A stretch of DNA of 64,000 nt. Origin: Squalus acanthias. Its lineage: Eukaryota. Position numbers and translations under genes: made by a program. This document shows positions 11,336 through 21,300 of the stretch, piece by piece. Numbering within the stretch: the first letter of the stretch is position 1; the number at the start of each line of letters is the position of its first letter. The notes under the pieces are model-generated. The model searched no databases. It was not told the origin of the DNA and saw only the letters and a list, made by a program, of their open reading frames with translations. The stretch covers positions 310,001-374,000 of the forward strand of contig JASTWF010000324.1 in NCBI GenBank assembly GCA_030390025.1. Reading direction: 5' to 3'.

Positions 11336-13685
11336 TCACACGGTGCTTTCATCGTGCACGCGCACGTAACGTTCTCGCCACTCTCCCGTGTTTTCATGCT
11401 TGGTGAGGCGCTTGTCTCTTTTACAATGTACGACCAATAGGTACACTACAATGAAAACTTGGCATACGACTAAAATGTGGGAGGCTATTCTGATCCATGA
11501 AGGCACTTCAATATTGGTGAACAGATTCCACCACGGTGGAACTACTATATCCAGAATGTCTGTTCCTATTTCGACAGTTTTCTGTTCTAATGTGTAAAGT
11601 GTTTCTGTGACACCGCGACGGCTTTTAAAAGCTTGGTGAGGTGTTCAGGGAGAGGGGGAATGAGGTATCCAAAATGCGCGACGAATCGCTGCAAGTCGGT
11701 GAAATTCTCTTTTACTGTGAGATGAACAGTGGATGGTTCAGGGATTGGGACAATTCGCTATTGTGCTACTTGAACTTCCGCCCTGGGTTTGAAACAGAAA
11801 CTGCTGTCACTCACCGGACACCGGCTACGGTTTCCATGCTGGTAGTGTTGCGCTGCAGTGGTAACACAATATGTTCCACCCCCGATGTATGCTACCTGCG
11901 GAGGCACATGATCTTGTGCCATTGCCTCCATGGTACAATTCATGGACTTGGCGCCAGCCGTTCTGAACCCGCACTGTGGTGTTAAAAAGGCATTCAAGTG
12001 CTGGGGACACAGTATTATGTGTGCTCCCCTGCCACGACAACCAGAGAGATCTGTACCTGTCATCGTTTGCTCCCAGCGGATGACGTAGGGTGGAACCGCT
12101 GCATAGCGAATGTGGGCTCCCCCCTGAATGACACCAATGTTCTCTACCCGATACACCGGGGCGGGCTTTGCTGTGTCGCCCAAAACCGGCATGCGTAAAA
12201 CTATACCCATAATGGTATGGTTTGATCGTCCGCAGTCCACGGGGACTGGGTATGCTTCTGAAGCTAGCCTGAGCTGGCACGGACTTAATGCGTTCTGAAA
12301 AGGGTGGAGCGCCCGCAGGTGTTTGTTACTTATCCAGGACGGGACCAAACCTTGTTTTAAATCCTCCAAATTACTGCGGCCCTCGCCCAGTAACCACGCC
12401 CCGTAAAGCACGCACACCTCGTTCTGCGCAGCTTGATCGGATGCATTCCGATCTTCCCTAATCAGGGCATTTACCGTTTTTGCATGTTTCTCCAGCTCTG
12501 CTGTAATTTCCTTTAAATGGAGAGTCATGGCTTGGTCCTCGTGTAAACCCGACCCTACCACTTTATTTTCATCTATTAGAATGTCTTTTAATTGCTTTTT
12601 TAGACCATTAATCTGGGTCTGCAGCTCCACACTGTCTAGAGCGTTGACCACAGATGTACCCGTGTTAAAAGCAGTGAACGCATCGTTCACCAAACCCCTT
12701 CTTTGCCTCCCTACTTGATCCAAAACTTCCTGTGGTGCGGTGTACAAACTTGTTTTATCAATTTCCGCGAAATCGAATTCGTAAAATTGTCTGAACATCT
12801 TGGTCAACAGGACCTGATACAACTGTTCCGTCTTTTTGGGGCACCACTCTGGTAACCGCACCTCGGTGAGATTTAAAATCACCGAGGCCACCGCGTAATG
12901 TACCCCCTGAAATAGTATCTGGTCTGTGGGGACCAGTACCAAACCATTCCCGGGTCCCTTACTAGTTTTAGGGCACCCTTCTTCCTCAGCTAGAACCACC
13001 GGAATCGTGGGCGGGGCTTTGCGTGGGCGCGTAATGAGCTCAGTGGCATTTACCGGGATCGAAGAGTATGGGGCTCCGCACCCCCTGGTGCTCGCATCCC
13101 ACCTCATCCCCTGTCCGTTATCCTGCCACTGATTAATGAAAAATATGAATATGCCTTTGGGGCAAGGGTATTTTGACCCCCACATGCATACATAAATTCC
13201 CTCGTCCGGTTCCCACCATTTGTCCCGACAGACTTTCACTTGTCCGTTTGTCCCCGTAATTGTCCGATGGGTATTATTACCCAGTCGTTCCCACTCGACC
13301 GACGAGTTCCTCATAGTTTTGCTCAGCTTTCGCAGCCACCACCATCGGCTCAATGGGACATTCCCACTACAAGTCAAACAAATCCGTTTGCCGACGGTGA
13401 CGCTGATCCTGGGTGCGATGATCCTTACTTTGGGGCACATTAAAGAAGTCTCTTTGTAGGCAACCCCGATGTGCTAGAATACTCCGTTGAGTTCGTTCCC
13501 AGCCATCCTGGCCACCTTCCCTTGTGGAAATAGGTGCTGGTCTCCTCTGCCTCCCGTCTTCCGGTCCCATCCACCGCGATGGGGGCCGTGTCCCCGGAAC
13601 ATCCAAACACCACGACATCCTTGGTGCGGCCTCGATAGGCCAATCCACATCCGATTGCCGCGAGCAATACTAGAATTCGTTCCAT
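11336..13685 (-). pseudogene. env: Envelope glycoprotein (Ig-like domain + F-like class I fusion protein), about 783 codons, three lesions
   Basis: ATG at 13685 in AGGATGG context starts a signal peptide (MERILVLLAAIGCGLA). Frame break at ~13440, then the 560-aa block with RQRR furin site (12708-12697), fusion peptide GLVNDAFTAFNTGTSVVNA, heptad repeat and Cys-rich region. In-frame TAG at 11760-11758, then RIVPIPEPSTVHLTVKENFTDL...AVSQKHF; 1-nt frameshift near 11596, then YTLEQKTVEIGTDILDIVVPPWWNLF...WIRIASHILVVCQVFIVVYLLVVHCKRDKR...YVRVHDESTV and TGA at 11338-11336 (hand translation). Confidence 0.85.
11758..13440 (-). CDS. env: Largest intact block of env (560 aa): Ig-like domain, F2-like part, furin site, F1-like ectodomain
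   Basis: ORF track; several N-x-S/T sequons (NSS, NNT, NAT, NLT, NAS, NHT, NCT, NRS), RQRR|GLV cleavage site, coiled-coil LQTQINGLKKQLKDIL, DLSGC...ILCP motif. Lacks its own signal peptide and TM. Confidence 0.7.
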   Translation of the reverse strand: MCPKVRIIAPRISVTVGKRICLTCSGNVPLSRWWWLRKLSKTMRNSSVEWERLGNNTHRTITGTNGQVKVCRDKWWEPDEGIYVCMWGSKYPCPKGIFIFFINQWQDNGQGMRWDASTRGCGAPYSSIPVNATELITRPRKAPPTIPVVLAEEEGCPKTSKGPGNGLVLVPTDQILFQGVHYAVASVILNLTEVRLPEWCPKKTEQLYQVLLTKMFRQFYEFDFAEIDKTSLYTAPQEVLDQVGRQRRGLVNDAFTAFNTGTSVVNALDSVELQTQINGLKKQLKDILIDENKVVGSGLHEDQAMTLHLKEITAELEKHAKTVNALIREDRNASDQAAQNEVCVLYGAWLLGEGRSNLEDLKQGLVPSWISNKHLRALHPFQNALSPCQLRLASEAYPVPVDCGRSNHTIMGIVLRMPVLGDTAKPAPVYRVENIGVIQGGAHIRYAAVPPYVIRWEQTMTGTDLSGCRGRGAHIILCPQHLNAFLTPQCGFRTAGAKSMNCTMEAMAQDHVPPQVAYIGGGTYCVTTAAQHYQHGNRSRCPVSDSSFCFKPRAEVQVAQ

Positions 13686-13971
13686 CCTTCCTTGGTTCCT
13701 GTGATCAGATAGAATGAGGTAGCCAGCCTCGCAAGAGTCTCTGGCTTTTGTGAAGGGTGAGCGGGTCCCCTGACCTCGCCTCACGTAAACTTCAACGTTC
13801 GCTGAATAAACTTTAACTAAACCTATCTTTAAAGCTCCCATCATTTTATCGTTTTCTGTTAAAAACACTACAATCTTAACCTTATTAAAACTATAAACTT
13901 AACCTTGAACTATGAACTTAAAACTTAAAACTTATTACTATACAGTGCCGCCCGTTCTCAGGGCGGCCCCT

Positions 13972-15117
13972 TTAAATTCTGAGAAGGCTGCTGCGAGCTC
14001 TTCCCGACGGTGGGAGGGCACTGACCCTTCCCTTTGATCTGCCGCAGCCTGTTGCTGCACTGATTCCTTCCTCTGATCTGCCGCAGCCTGTTGCTGCTGC
14101 GATGGGGCCGGGCTGTATCTGGGTTGCCTTAACCTTAAGTCTACGCCTTGGGGCAGTCTGGGGACATGACCACATCATCCTGGGCTGGGGTTCTCTACTT
14201 GACCTACGGGGAGTTGCCATGGGCGGGGGTTCCGTGACTGACGGACCGGGTTCCGAGACTTCCATCGGGACGACCTGGGGTTCCACCACAGTCGCTGGCT
14301 CCGCCTCCGCTGACTCCGCCTCCCTAACCTCGGGGCTCGCAGTTTGTGGCTCCGCCCTGCTCGGCCCAGCAGGCGGCCCTTCACTCGCGATCTCTGCCTC
14401 CCCCGAGGGCGGGACGTTCAAAGCGGGCGGCTCTGTCTCTGGGGTCCTCACCGTCACTCCCTGTGCTCCCACAGCGGCTGGCCCCGCCTCCCCTAGCTCC
14501 TCCCTCCTGTCTTCGGGACCTGCAGCTTGTGTGTCCACCCTGTGTGGATCTCTATCTGCAGCCCGTATCCTCCCTATACCTAAAATGGGACCGTTCCCAA
14601 AAAACCACTCGTCTTCATCACTATCCTCATCTGACTCGAGTTCCCGGAATTCTCCCTCATCTGACTCCCAACCCCACAAAAATGCTTCATGATCTCCCAG
14701 GATGTCCCCTCCCCTGATGCAAGCTGCTTTGCCTGCCTGTGTGCCTTGTGGTCCTACCTGGGGCTGTGCTTCCCCACTGGCGGGGTTTACCCCTGTGGTT
14801 TTCCCTTGCGCACCTGGCTTGTACAGTTTGCACTGGTTTGCATCCTCATACTCCCGGCTTTTGGCTACCCTGTAGGCTGCTTTTATCTCACTAAGCTGCG
14901 CTTCTAGCCTGAGCACGTCTAACTTTCCCATTGATCGGGCGTTCTCCTCCCGCAGGGCCTGCTCTCTAAGCTGCCCTTCCAGCCCATCTATTTTCCCTAT
15001 TAAGCGGGCGTTCTCCTCCCGCAAGGCCTGCTCTTTTAACCTGGCCTCCTCACCGCAGACCCCCTCCTGTGTGTGTCTTTTAAAAGGACACAGGTAGGCA
15101 GGCTGCGTGGGCTCTAG
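13972..15117 (-). CDS. Orphan proviral ORF-x upstream of env (coiled-coil N-terminus, acidic patch, Pro/Glu/Ala-rich disordered region, basic C-terminus)
   Basis: 350-aa ORF (TTG start at 15024); the frame stays open up to a TGA at 15120-15118. EQALREENAR and AATGCGRS each occur twice. No capsid, zinc-knuckle, RT or integrase motif recognised. Confidence 0.6.
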   Translation of the reverse strand, partial: LEPTQPAYLCPFKRHTQEGVCGEEARLKEQALREENARLIGKIDGLEGQLREQALREENARSMGKLDVLRLEAQLSEIKAAYRVAKSREYEDANQCKLYKPGAQGKTTGVNPASGEAQPQVGPQGTQAGKAACIRGGDILGDHEAFLWGWESDEGEFRELESDEDSDEDEWFFGNGPILGIGRIRAADRDPHRVDTQAAGPEDRREELGEAGPAAVGAQGVTVRTPETEPPALNVPPSGEAEIASEGPPAGPSRAEPQTASPEVREAESAEAEPATVVEPQVVPMEVSEPGPSVTEPPPMATPRRSSREPQPRMMWSCPQTAPRRRLKVKATQIQPGPIAAATGCGRSEEGISAATGCGRSKGRVSALPPSGRARSSLLRI

Positions 15118-15169
15118 TCATTGGGTACTATTAGACGGTCCCTGCGGCACCTACGGGGCCGGTAGCAAC

Positions 15170-15369
15170 NNNNNNNNNNNNNNNNNNNNNNNNNNNNNNN
15201 NNNNNNNNNNNNNNNNNNNNNNNNNNNNNNNNNNNNNNNNNNNNNNNNNNNNNNNNNNNNNNNNNNNNNNNNNNNNNNNNNNNNNNNNNNNNNNNNNNNN
15301 NNNNNNNNNNNNNNNNNNNNNNNNNNNNNNNNNNNNNNNNNNNNNNNNNNNNNNNNNNNNNNNNNNNNN
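15170..15369. other. Assembly gap (200 N)
   Basis: Exactly 200 Ns; a round number suggesting a scaffolding gap of unknown true size. Confidence 0.99.
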
Positions 15370-18300
15370 AATCAGAGAGACTGAGAGAGAATCAGAGAGA
15401 CTGAGAGAGAATCAGAGAGACTGAGAGAGAATCAGAGAGACTGAGAGAGAATCAGAGACTGAGAGAGAATCAGAGAGACTGAGAGAGAATCAGAGAGACT
15501 GAGAGAGAATCAGAGACTGAGAGAGAATCAGAGAGACTGAGAGAGAATCAGAGAGACTGAGAGAGAATCAGAGACTGGGAGAGAATCAGAGACTGAGAGA
15601 GAATCAGAGAGACTGAGAGAGAATCAGAGACTGAGAGAGAATCAGAGAGACTGAGAGAGAATCAGAGAGACTGAGAGAGAATCAGAGACTGGAGAGAATC
15701 AGAGACTGAGAGAGAATCAGAGACTGAGAGAGAATCAGAGACTGAGAGAGAATCAGAGAGACTGAGAGAGAATCAGAGACTGAGAGAGAATCAGAGACTG
15801 AGAGAGAATCAGAGAGACTGAGAGAGAATCAGAGACTGAGAGAGAATCAGAGAGACTGAGAGAGAATCAGAGAGACTGAGAGAGAATCAGAGACTGAGAG
15901 AGAATCAGAGACTGAGAGAGAATCAGAGAGACTGAGAGAGAATCAGAGACTGAGAGAGAATCAGAGACTGAGAGAGAATCAGAGAGACTGAGAGAGAATC
16001 AGAGACTGAGAGAGAATCAGAGAGACTGAGAGAGAATCAGAGACTGAGAGAGAATCAGAGAGACTGAGAGAGAATCAGAGAGACTGAGAGAGAATCAGAG
16101 AGACTGAGAGAGAATCAGAGACTGAGAGAGAATCAGAGAGACTGAGAGAGAATCAGAGAGACTGAGAGAGAATCAGAGAGACTGAGAGAGAATCAGAGAG
16201 ACTGAGAGAGAATCAGAGAGACTGAGAGAGAATCAGAGACTGAGAGAGAATCAGAGAGACTGAGAGAGAATCAGAGAGACTGAGAGAGAATCAGAGACTG
16301 AGAGAGAATCAGAGAGACTGAGAGAGAATCAGAGAGACTGAGAGAGAATCAGAGAGACTGAGAGAGAATCAGAGAGACTGAGAGAGAATCAGAGAGACTG
16401 AGAGAGAATCAGAGAGACTGAGAGAGAATCAGAGAGACTGAGAGAGAATCAGAGAGACTGAGAGAGAATCAGAGACTGAGAGAGAATCAGAGAGACTGAG
16501 AGAGAATCAGAGAGACTGAGAGAGAATCAGAGAGACTGAGAGAGAATCAGAGACTGAGAGAGAATCAGAGAGACTGAGAGAGAATCAGAGAGACTGAGAG
16601 AGAATCAGAGAGACTGAGAGAGAATCAGAGACTGAGAGAGAATCAGAGAGACTGAGAGAGAATCAGAGAGACTGAGAGAGAATCAGAGAGACTGAGAGAG
16701 AATCAGAGACTGAGAGAGAATCAGAGAGACTGAGAGAGAATCAGAGAGACTGAGAGAGAATCAGAGACTGGAGAGAATCAGAGACTGAGAGAGAATCAGA
16801 GAGACTGAGAGAGAATCAGAGAGACTGAGAGAGAATCAGAGACTGGGAGAGAATCAGAGACTGAGAGAGAATCAGAGACTGAGAGAGAATCAGAGAGACT
16901 GAGAGAGAATCAGAGAGACTGAGAGAGAATCAGAGAGACTGAGAGAGAATCAGAGACTGAGAGAGAATCAGAGAGACTGAGAGAGAATCAGAGAGACTGA
17001 GAGAGAATCAGAGAGACTGAGAGAGAATCAGAGACTGAGAGAGAATCAGAGAGACTGAGAGAGAATCAGAGAGACTGAGAGAGAATCAGAGACTGGGAGA
17101 GAATCAGAGACTGAGAGAGAATCAGAGACTGAGAGAGAATCAGAGAGACTGAGAGAGAATCAGAGAGACTGAGAGAGAATCAGAGACTGGAGAGAATCAA
17201 GAGACTGAGAGAGAATCAGAGAGACTGAGAGAGAATCAGAGACTGAGAGAGAATCAGAGAGACTGAGAGAGAATCAGAGAGACTGAGAGAGAATCAGAGA
17301 CTGAGAGAGAATCAGAGACTGAGAGAGAATCAGAGAGACTGAGAGAGAATCAGAGACTGAGAGAGAATCAGAGACTGAGAGAGAATCAGAGAGACTGAGA
17401 GAGAATCAGAGACTGAGAGAGAATCAGAGAGACTGAGAGAGAATCAGAGAGACTGAGAGAGAATCAGAGAGACTGAGAGAGAATCAGAGGACTGAGAGAG
17501 AATCAGAGAGACTGAGAGAGAATCAGAGACTGAGAGAGAATCAGAGAGACTGAGAGAGAATCAGAGAGACTGAGAGAGAATCAGAGAGACTGAGAGAGAA
17601 TCAGAGAGACTGAGAGAGAATCAGAGAGACTGAGAGAGAATCAGAGAGACTGAGAGAGAATCAGAGAGACTGAGAGAGAAACAGAGACTGAGAGAGAATC
17701 AGAGAGACTGAGAGAGAATCAGAGAGACTGAGAGAGAATCAGAGAGACTGAGAGAGAATCAGAGAGACTGAGAGAGAATCAGAGACTGAGAGAGAATCAG
17801 AGACTGAGAGAGAATCAGAGAGACTGAGAGAGAATCAGAGAGACTGAGAGAGAATCAGAGAGACTGAGAGAGAATCAGAGAGACTGAGAGAGAATCAGAG
17901 ACTGAGAGAGAATCAGAGACTGAGAGAGAATCAGAGAGACTGAGAGAGAATCAGAGACTGAGAGAGAATCAGAGAGACTGAGAGAGAATCAGAGACTGAG
18001 AGAGAATCAGAGACTGAGAGAGAATCAGAGAGACTGAGAGAGAATCAGAGAGACTGAGAGAGAATCAGAGAGACTGAGAGAGAATCAGAGAGACTGAGAG
18101 AGAATCAGAGACTGAGAGAGAATCAGAGAGACTGAGAGAGAATCAGAGAGACTGAGAGAGAATCAGAGAGACTGAGAGAGAATCAGAGAGACTGAGAGAG
18201 AATCAGAGACTGAGAGAGAATCAGAGACTGAGAGAGAATCAGAGAGACTGAGAGAGAATCAGAGACTGAGAGAGAATCAGAGACTGAGAGAGAATCAGAG

Positions 18301-21300
18301 AGACTGAGAGAGAATCAGAGACTGAGAGAGAATCAGAGAGACTGAGAGAGAATCAGAGAGACTGAGAGAGAATCAGAGACTGAGAGAGAATCAGAGAGAC
18401 TGAGAGAGAATCAGAGACTGAGAGAGAATCAGAGACTGAGAGAGAATCAGAGACTGAGAGAGAATCAGAGAGACTGAGAGAGAATCAGAGAGACTGAGAG
18501 AGAATCAGAGACTGAGAGAGAATCAGAGAGACTGAGAGAGAATCAGAGAGACTGAGAGAGAATCAGAGACTGAGAGAGAATCAGAGAGACTGAGAGAGAA
18601 TCAGAGAGACTGAGAGAGAATCAGAGAGACTGAGAGAGAATCAGAGACTGAGAGAGAATCAGAGACTGAGAGAGAATCAGAGAGACTGAGAGAGAATCAG
18701 AGAGACTGAGAGAGAATCAGAGAGACTGAGAGAGAATCAGAGACTGAGAGAGAATCAGAGACTGAGAGAGAATCAGAGAGACTGAGAGAGAATCAGAGAG
18801 ACTGAGAGAGAATCAGAGAGACTGAGAGAGAATCAGAGACTGAGAGAGAATCAGAGACTGAGAGAGAATCAGAGACTGAGAGAGAATCAGAGAGACTGAG
18901 AGAGAATCAGAGACTGAGAGAGAATCGAGAGACTGAGAGAGAATCAGAGAGACTGAGAGAGAATCAGAGACTGAGAGAGAATCAGAGAGACTGAGAGAGA
19001 ATCAGAGAGACTGAGAGAGAATCAAGAGACTGAGAGAGAATCAGAGAGACTGAGAGAGAATCAGAGAGACTGAGAGAGAATCAGAGACTGAGAGAGAATC
19101 AGAGAGACTGAGAGAGAATCAGAGAGACTGAGAGAGAATCAGAGACTGAGAGAGAATCAGAGAGACTGAGAGAGAATCAGAGAGACTGAGAGAGAATCAG
19201 AGAGACTGAGAGAGAATCAGAGACTGAGAGAGAATCAGAGAGACTGAGAGAGAATCAGAGAGACTGAGAGAGAATCAGAGACTGAGAGAGAATCAGAGAC
19301 TGAGAGAGAATCAGAGAGACTGAGAGAGAATCAGAGAGACTGAGAGAGAATCAGAGAGACTGAGAGAGAATCAGAGAGACTGAGAGAGAATCAGAGACTG
19401 AGAGAGAATCAGAGACTGAGAGAGAATCAGAGACTGAGAGAGAATCAGAGAGACTGAGAGAGAATCAGAGAGACTGAGAGAGAATCAGAGAGACTGAGAG
19501 AGAATCAGAGACTGAGAGAGAATCAGAGAGACTGAGAGAGAATCAGAGAGACTGAGAGAGAATCAGAGAGACTGAGAGAGAATCAGAGACTGAGAGAGAA
19601 TCAAGAGACTGAGAGAGAATCAGAGAGACTGAGAGAGAATCAGAGAGACTGAGAGAGAATCAGAGAGACTGAGAGAGAATCAGAGAGACTGAGAGAGAAT
19701 CAGAGACTGAGAGAGAATCAGAGACTGAGAGAGAATCAGAGAGACTGAGAGAGAATCAGAGACTGAGAGAGAATCAGAGAGACTGAGAGAGAATCAGAGT
19801 CTGAGAGAGAATCAGAGACTGAAAGAGAATCAGAGAGACTGAGAGAGAATCAGAGAGACTGAGAGAGAATCAGAGACTGAGAGAGAATCAGAGACTGAGA
19901 GAGAATCAGAGACTGAGAGAGAATCAGAGAGACTGAGAGAGAATCAGAGAGACTGAGAGAGAATCAGAGAGACTGAGAGAGAATCAGAGAGACTGAGAGA
20001 GAATCAGAGACTGAGAGAGAATCAGAGACTGAGAGAGGATCAGAGAGACTGAGAGAGAATCAGAGACTGAGAGAGAATCAGAGAGACTGAGAGAGAATCA
20101 GAGAGACTGAGAGAGAATCAGAGAGACAGAGAGAGAATCAGAGACTGAGAGAGAATCAGAGACTGAGAGAGAATCAGAGAGACTGAGAGAGAATCAGAGA
20201 GACTGAGAGAGAATCAGAGACTGAGAGAGAATCAGAGAGACTGAGAGAGAATCAGAGAGACTGAGAGAGAATCAGAGAGACTGAGAGAGAATCAGAGACT
20301 GAGAGAGAATCAGAGAGACTGAGAGAGAATCAGAGACTGAGAGAGAATCAGAGACTGAGAGAGAATCAGAGACTGAGAGGAATCAGAGACTGAGAGAGAA
20401 TCAGAGAGACTGAGAGAGAATCAGAGAGACTAGAGAGAATCAGAGAGACTGAGAGAGAATCAGAGAGACTGAGAGAGAATCAGAGAGACTGAGAGAGAAT
20501 CAGGGACTGAGAGAGAATCAGAGACTGAGAGAGAATCAGAGACTGAGAGAGAATCAGAGACTGAGAGAGAATCAGAGAGACTGAGAGAGAATCAGAGAGA
20601 CTAAGAGAGAATCAGAGAGACTGAGAGAGAATCAGAGAGACTGAGAGAGAATCAGAGAGACTGAGAGAGAATCAGAGAGACTGAGAGAGAATCAGAGACT
20701 GAGAGAGAATCAGAGACTGAGAGAGAATCAGAGAGACTGAGAGAGAATCAGAGAGACTGAGAGAGAATCAGAGAGACTGAGAGAGAATCAGAGAGACTGA
20801 GAGAGAATCAGAGACTGAGAGAGAATCAGAGACTGAGAGAGAATCAGAGAGACTGAGAGAGAATCAGAGAGACTGAGAGAGAATCAGAGACTGAGAGAGA
20901 ATCAGAGAGACTGAGAGAGAATCAGAGAGACTGAGAGAGAATCAGAGAGACTGAGAGAGAATCAGAGAGACTGAGAGAGAATCAGAGAGACTGAGTGAGA
21001 ATCAGAGACTGAGAGAGAATCAGAGAGACTGAGAGAGAATCAGAGAGACTGAGAGAGAATCAGAGACTGAGAGAGAATCAGAGAGACTGAGAGAGAATCA
21101 GAGAGACTGAGAGAGAATCAGAGACTGGGAGAGAATCAGAGACTGAGAGAGAATCAGAGAGACTGAGAGAGAATCAGAGACTGAGAGAGAATCAGAGAGT
21201 CTGAGAGAGAATCAGAGAGACTGAGAGAGAATCAGAGACTGGGAGAGAATCAGAGACTGAGAGAGAATCAGAGACTGAGAGAGAATCAGAGAGACTGAGA

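Larger units (their letters stand above)
9509..15169 (-). mobile_element. Endogenous retrovirus-like provirus, 3' part (ORF-x, env, PPT, 3' LTR), lokiretrovirus-like; 5' part lost in the assembly gap
   Basis: TGTA...TACA-bounded LTR homologous to the solo LTR at 30104; purine tract abutting the LTR on the minus strand; upstream membrane glycoprotein gene with signal peptide, furin site and TM. No gag/pol visible before the N gap. Confidence 0.9.

Noticed and set aside
14102..14907. Plus-strand ORFs antisense to ORF-x
   Set aside because: Expected shadows of a GC-rich coding strand with no independent features.
15107..15424. 105-aa ORF
   Set aside because: Spans the N gap; artefact.
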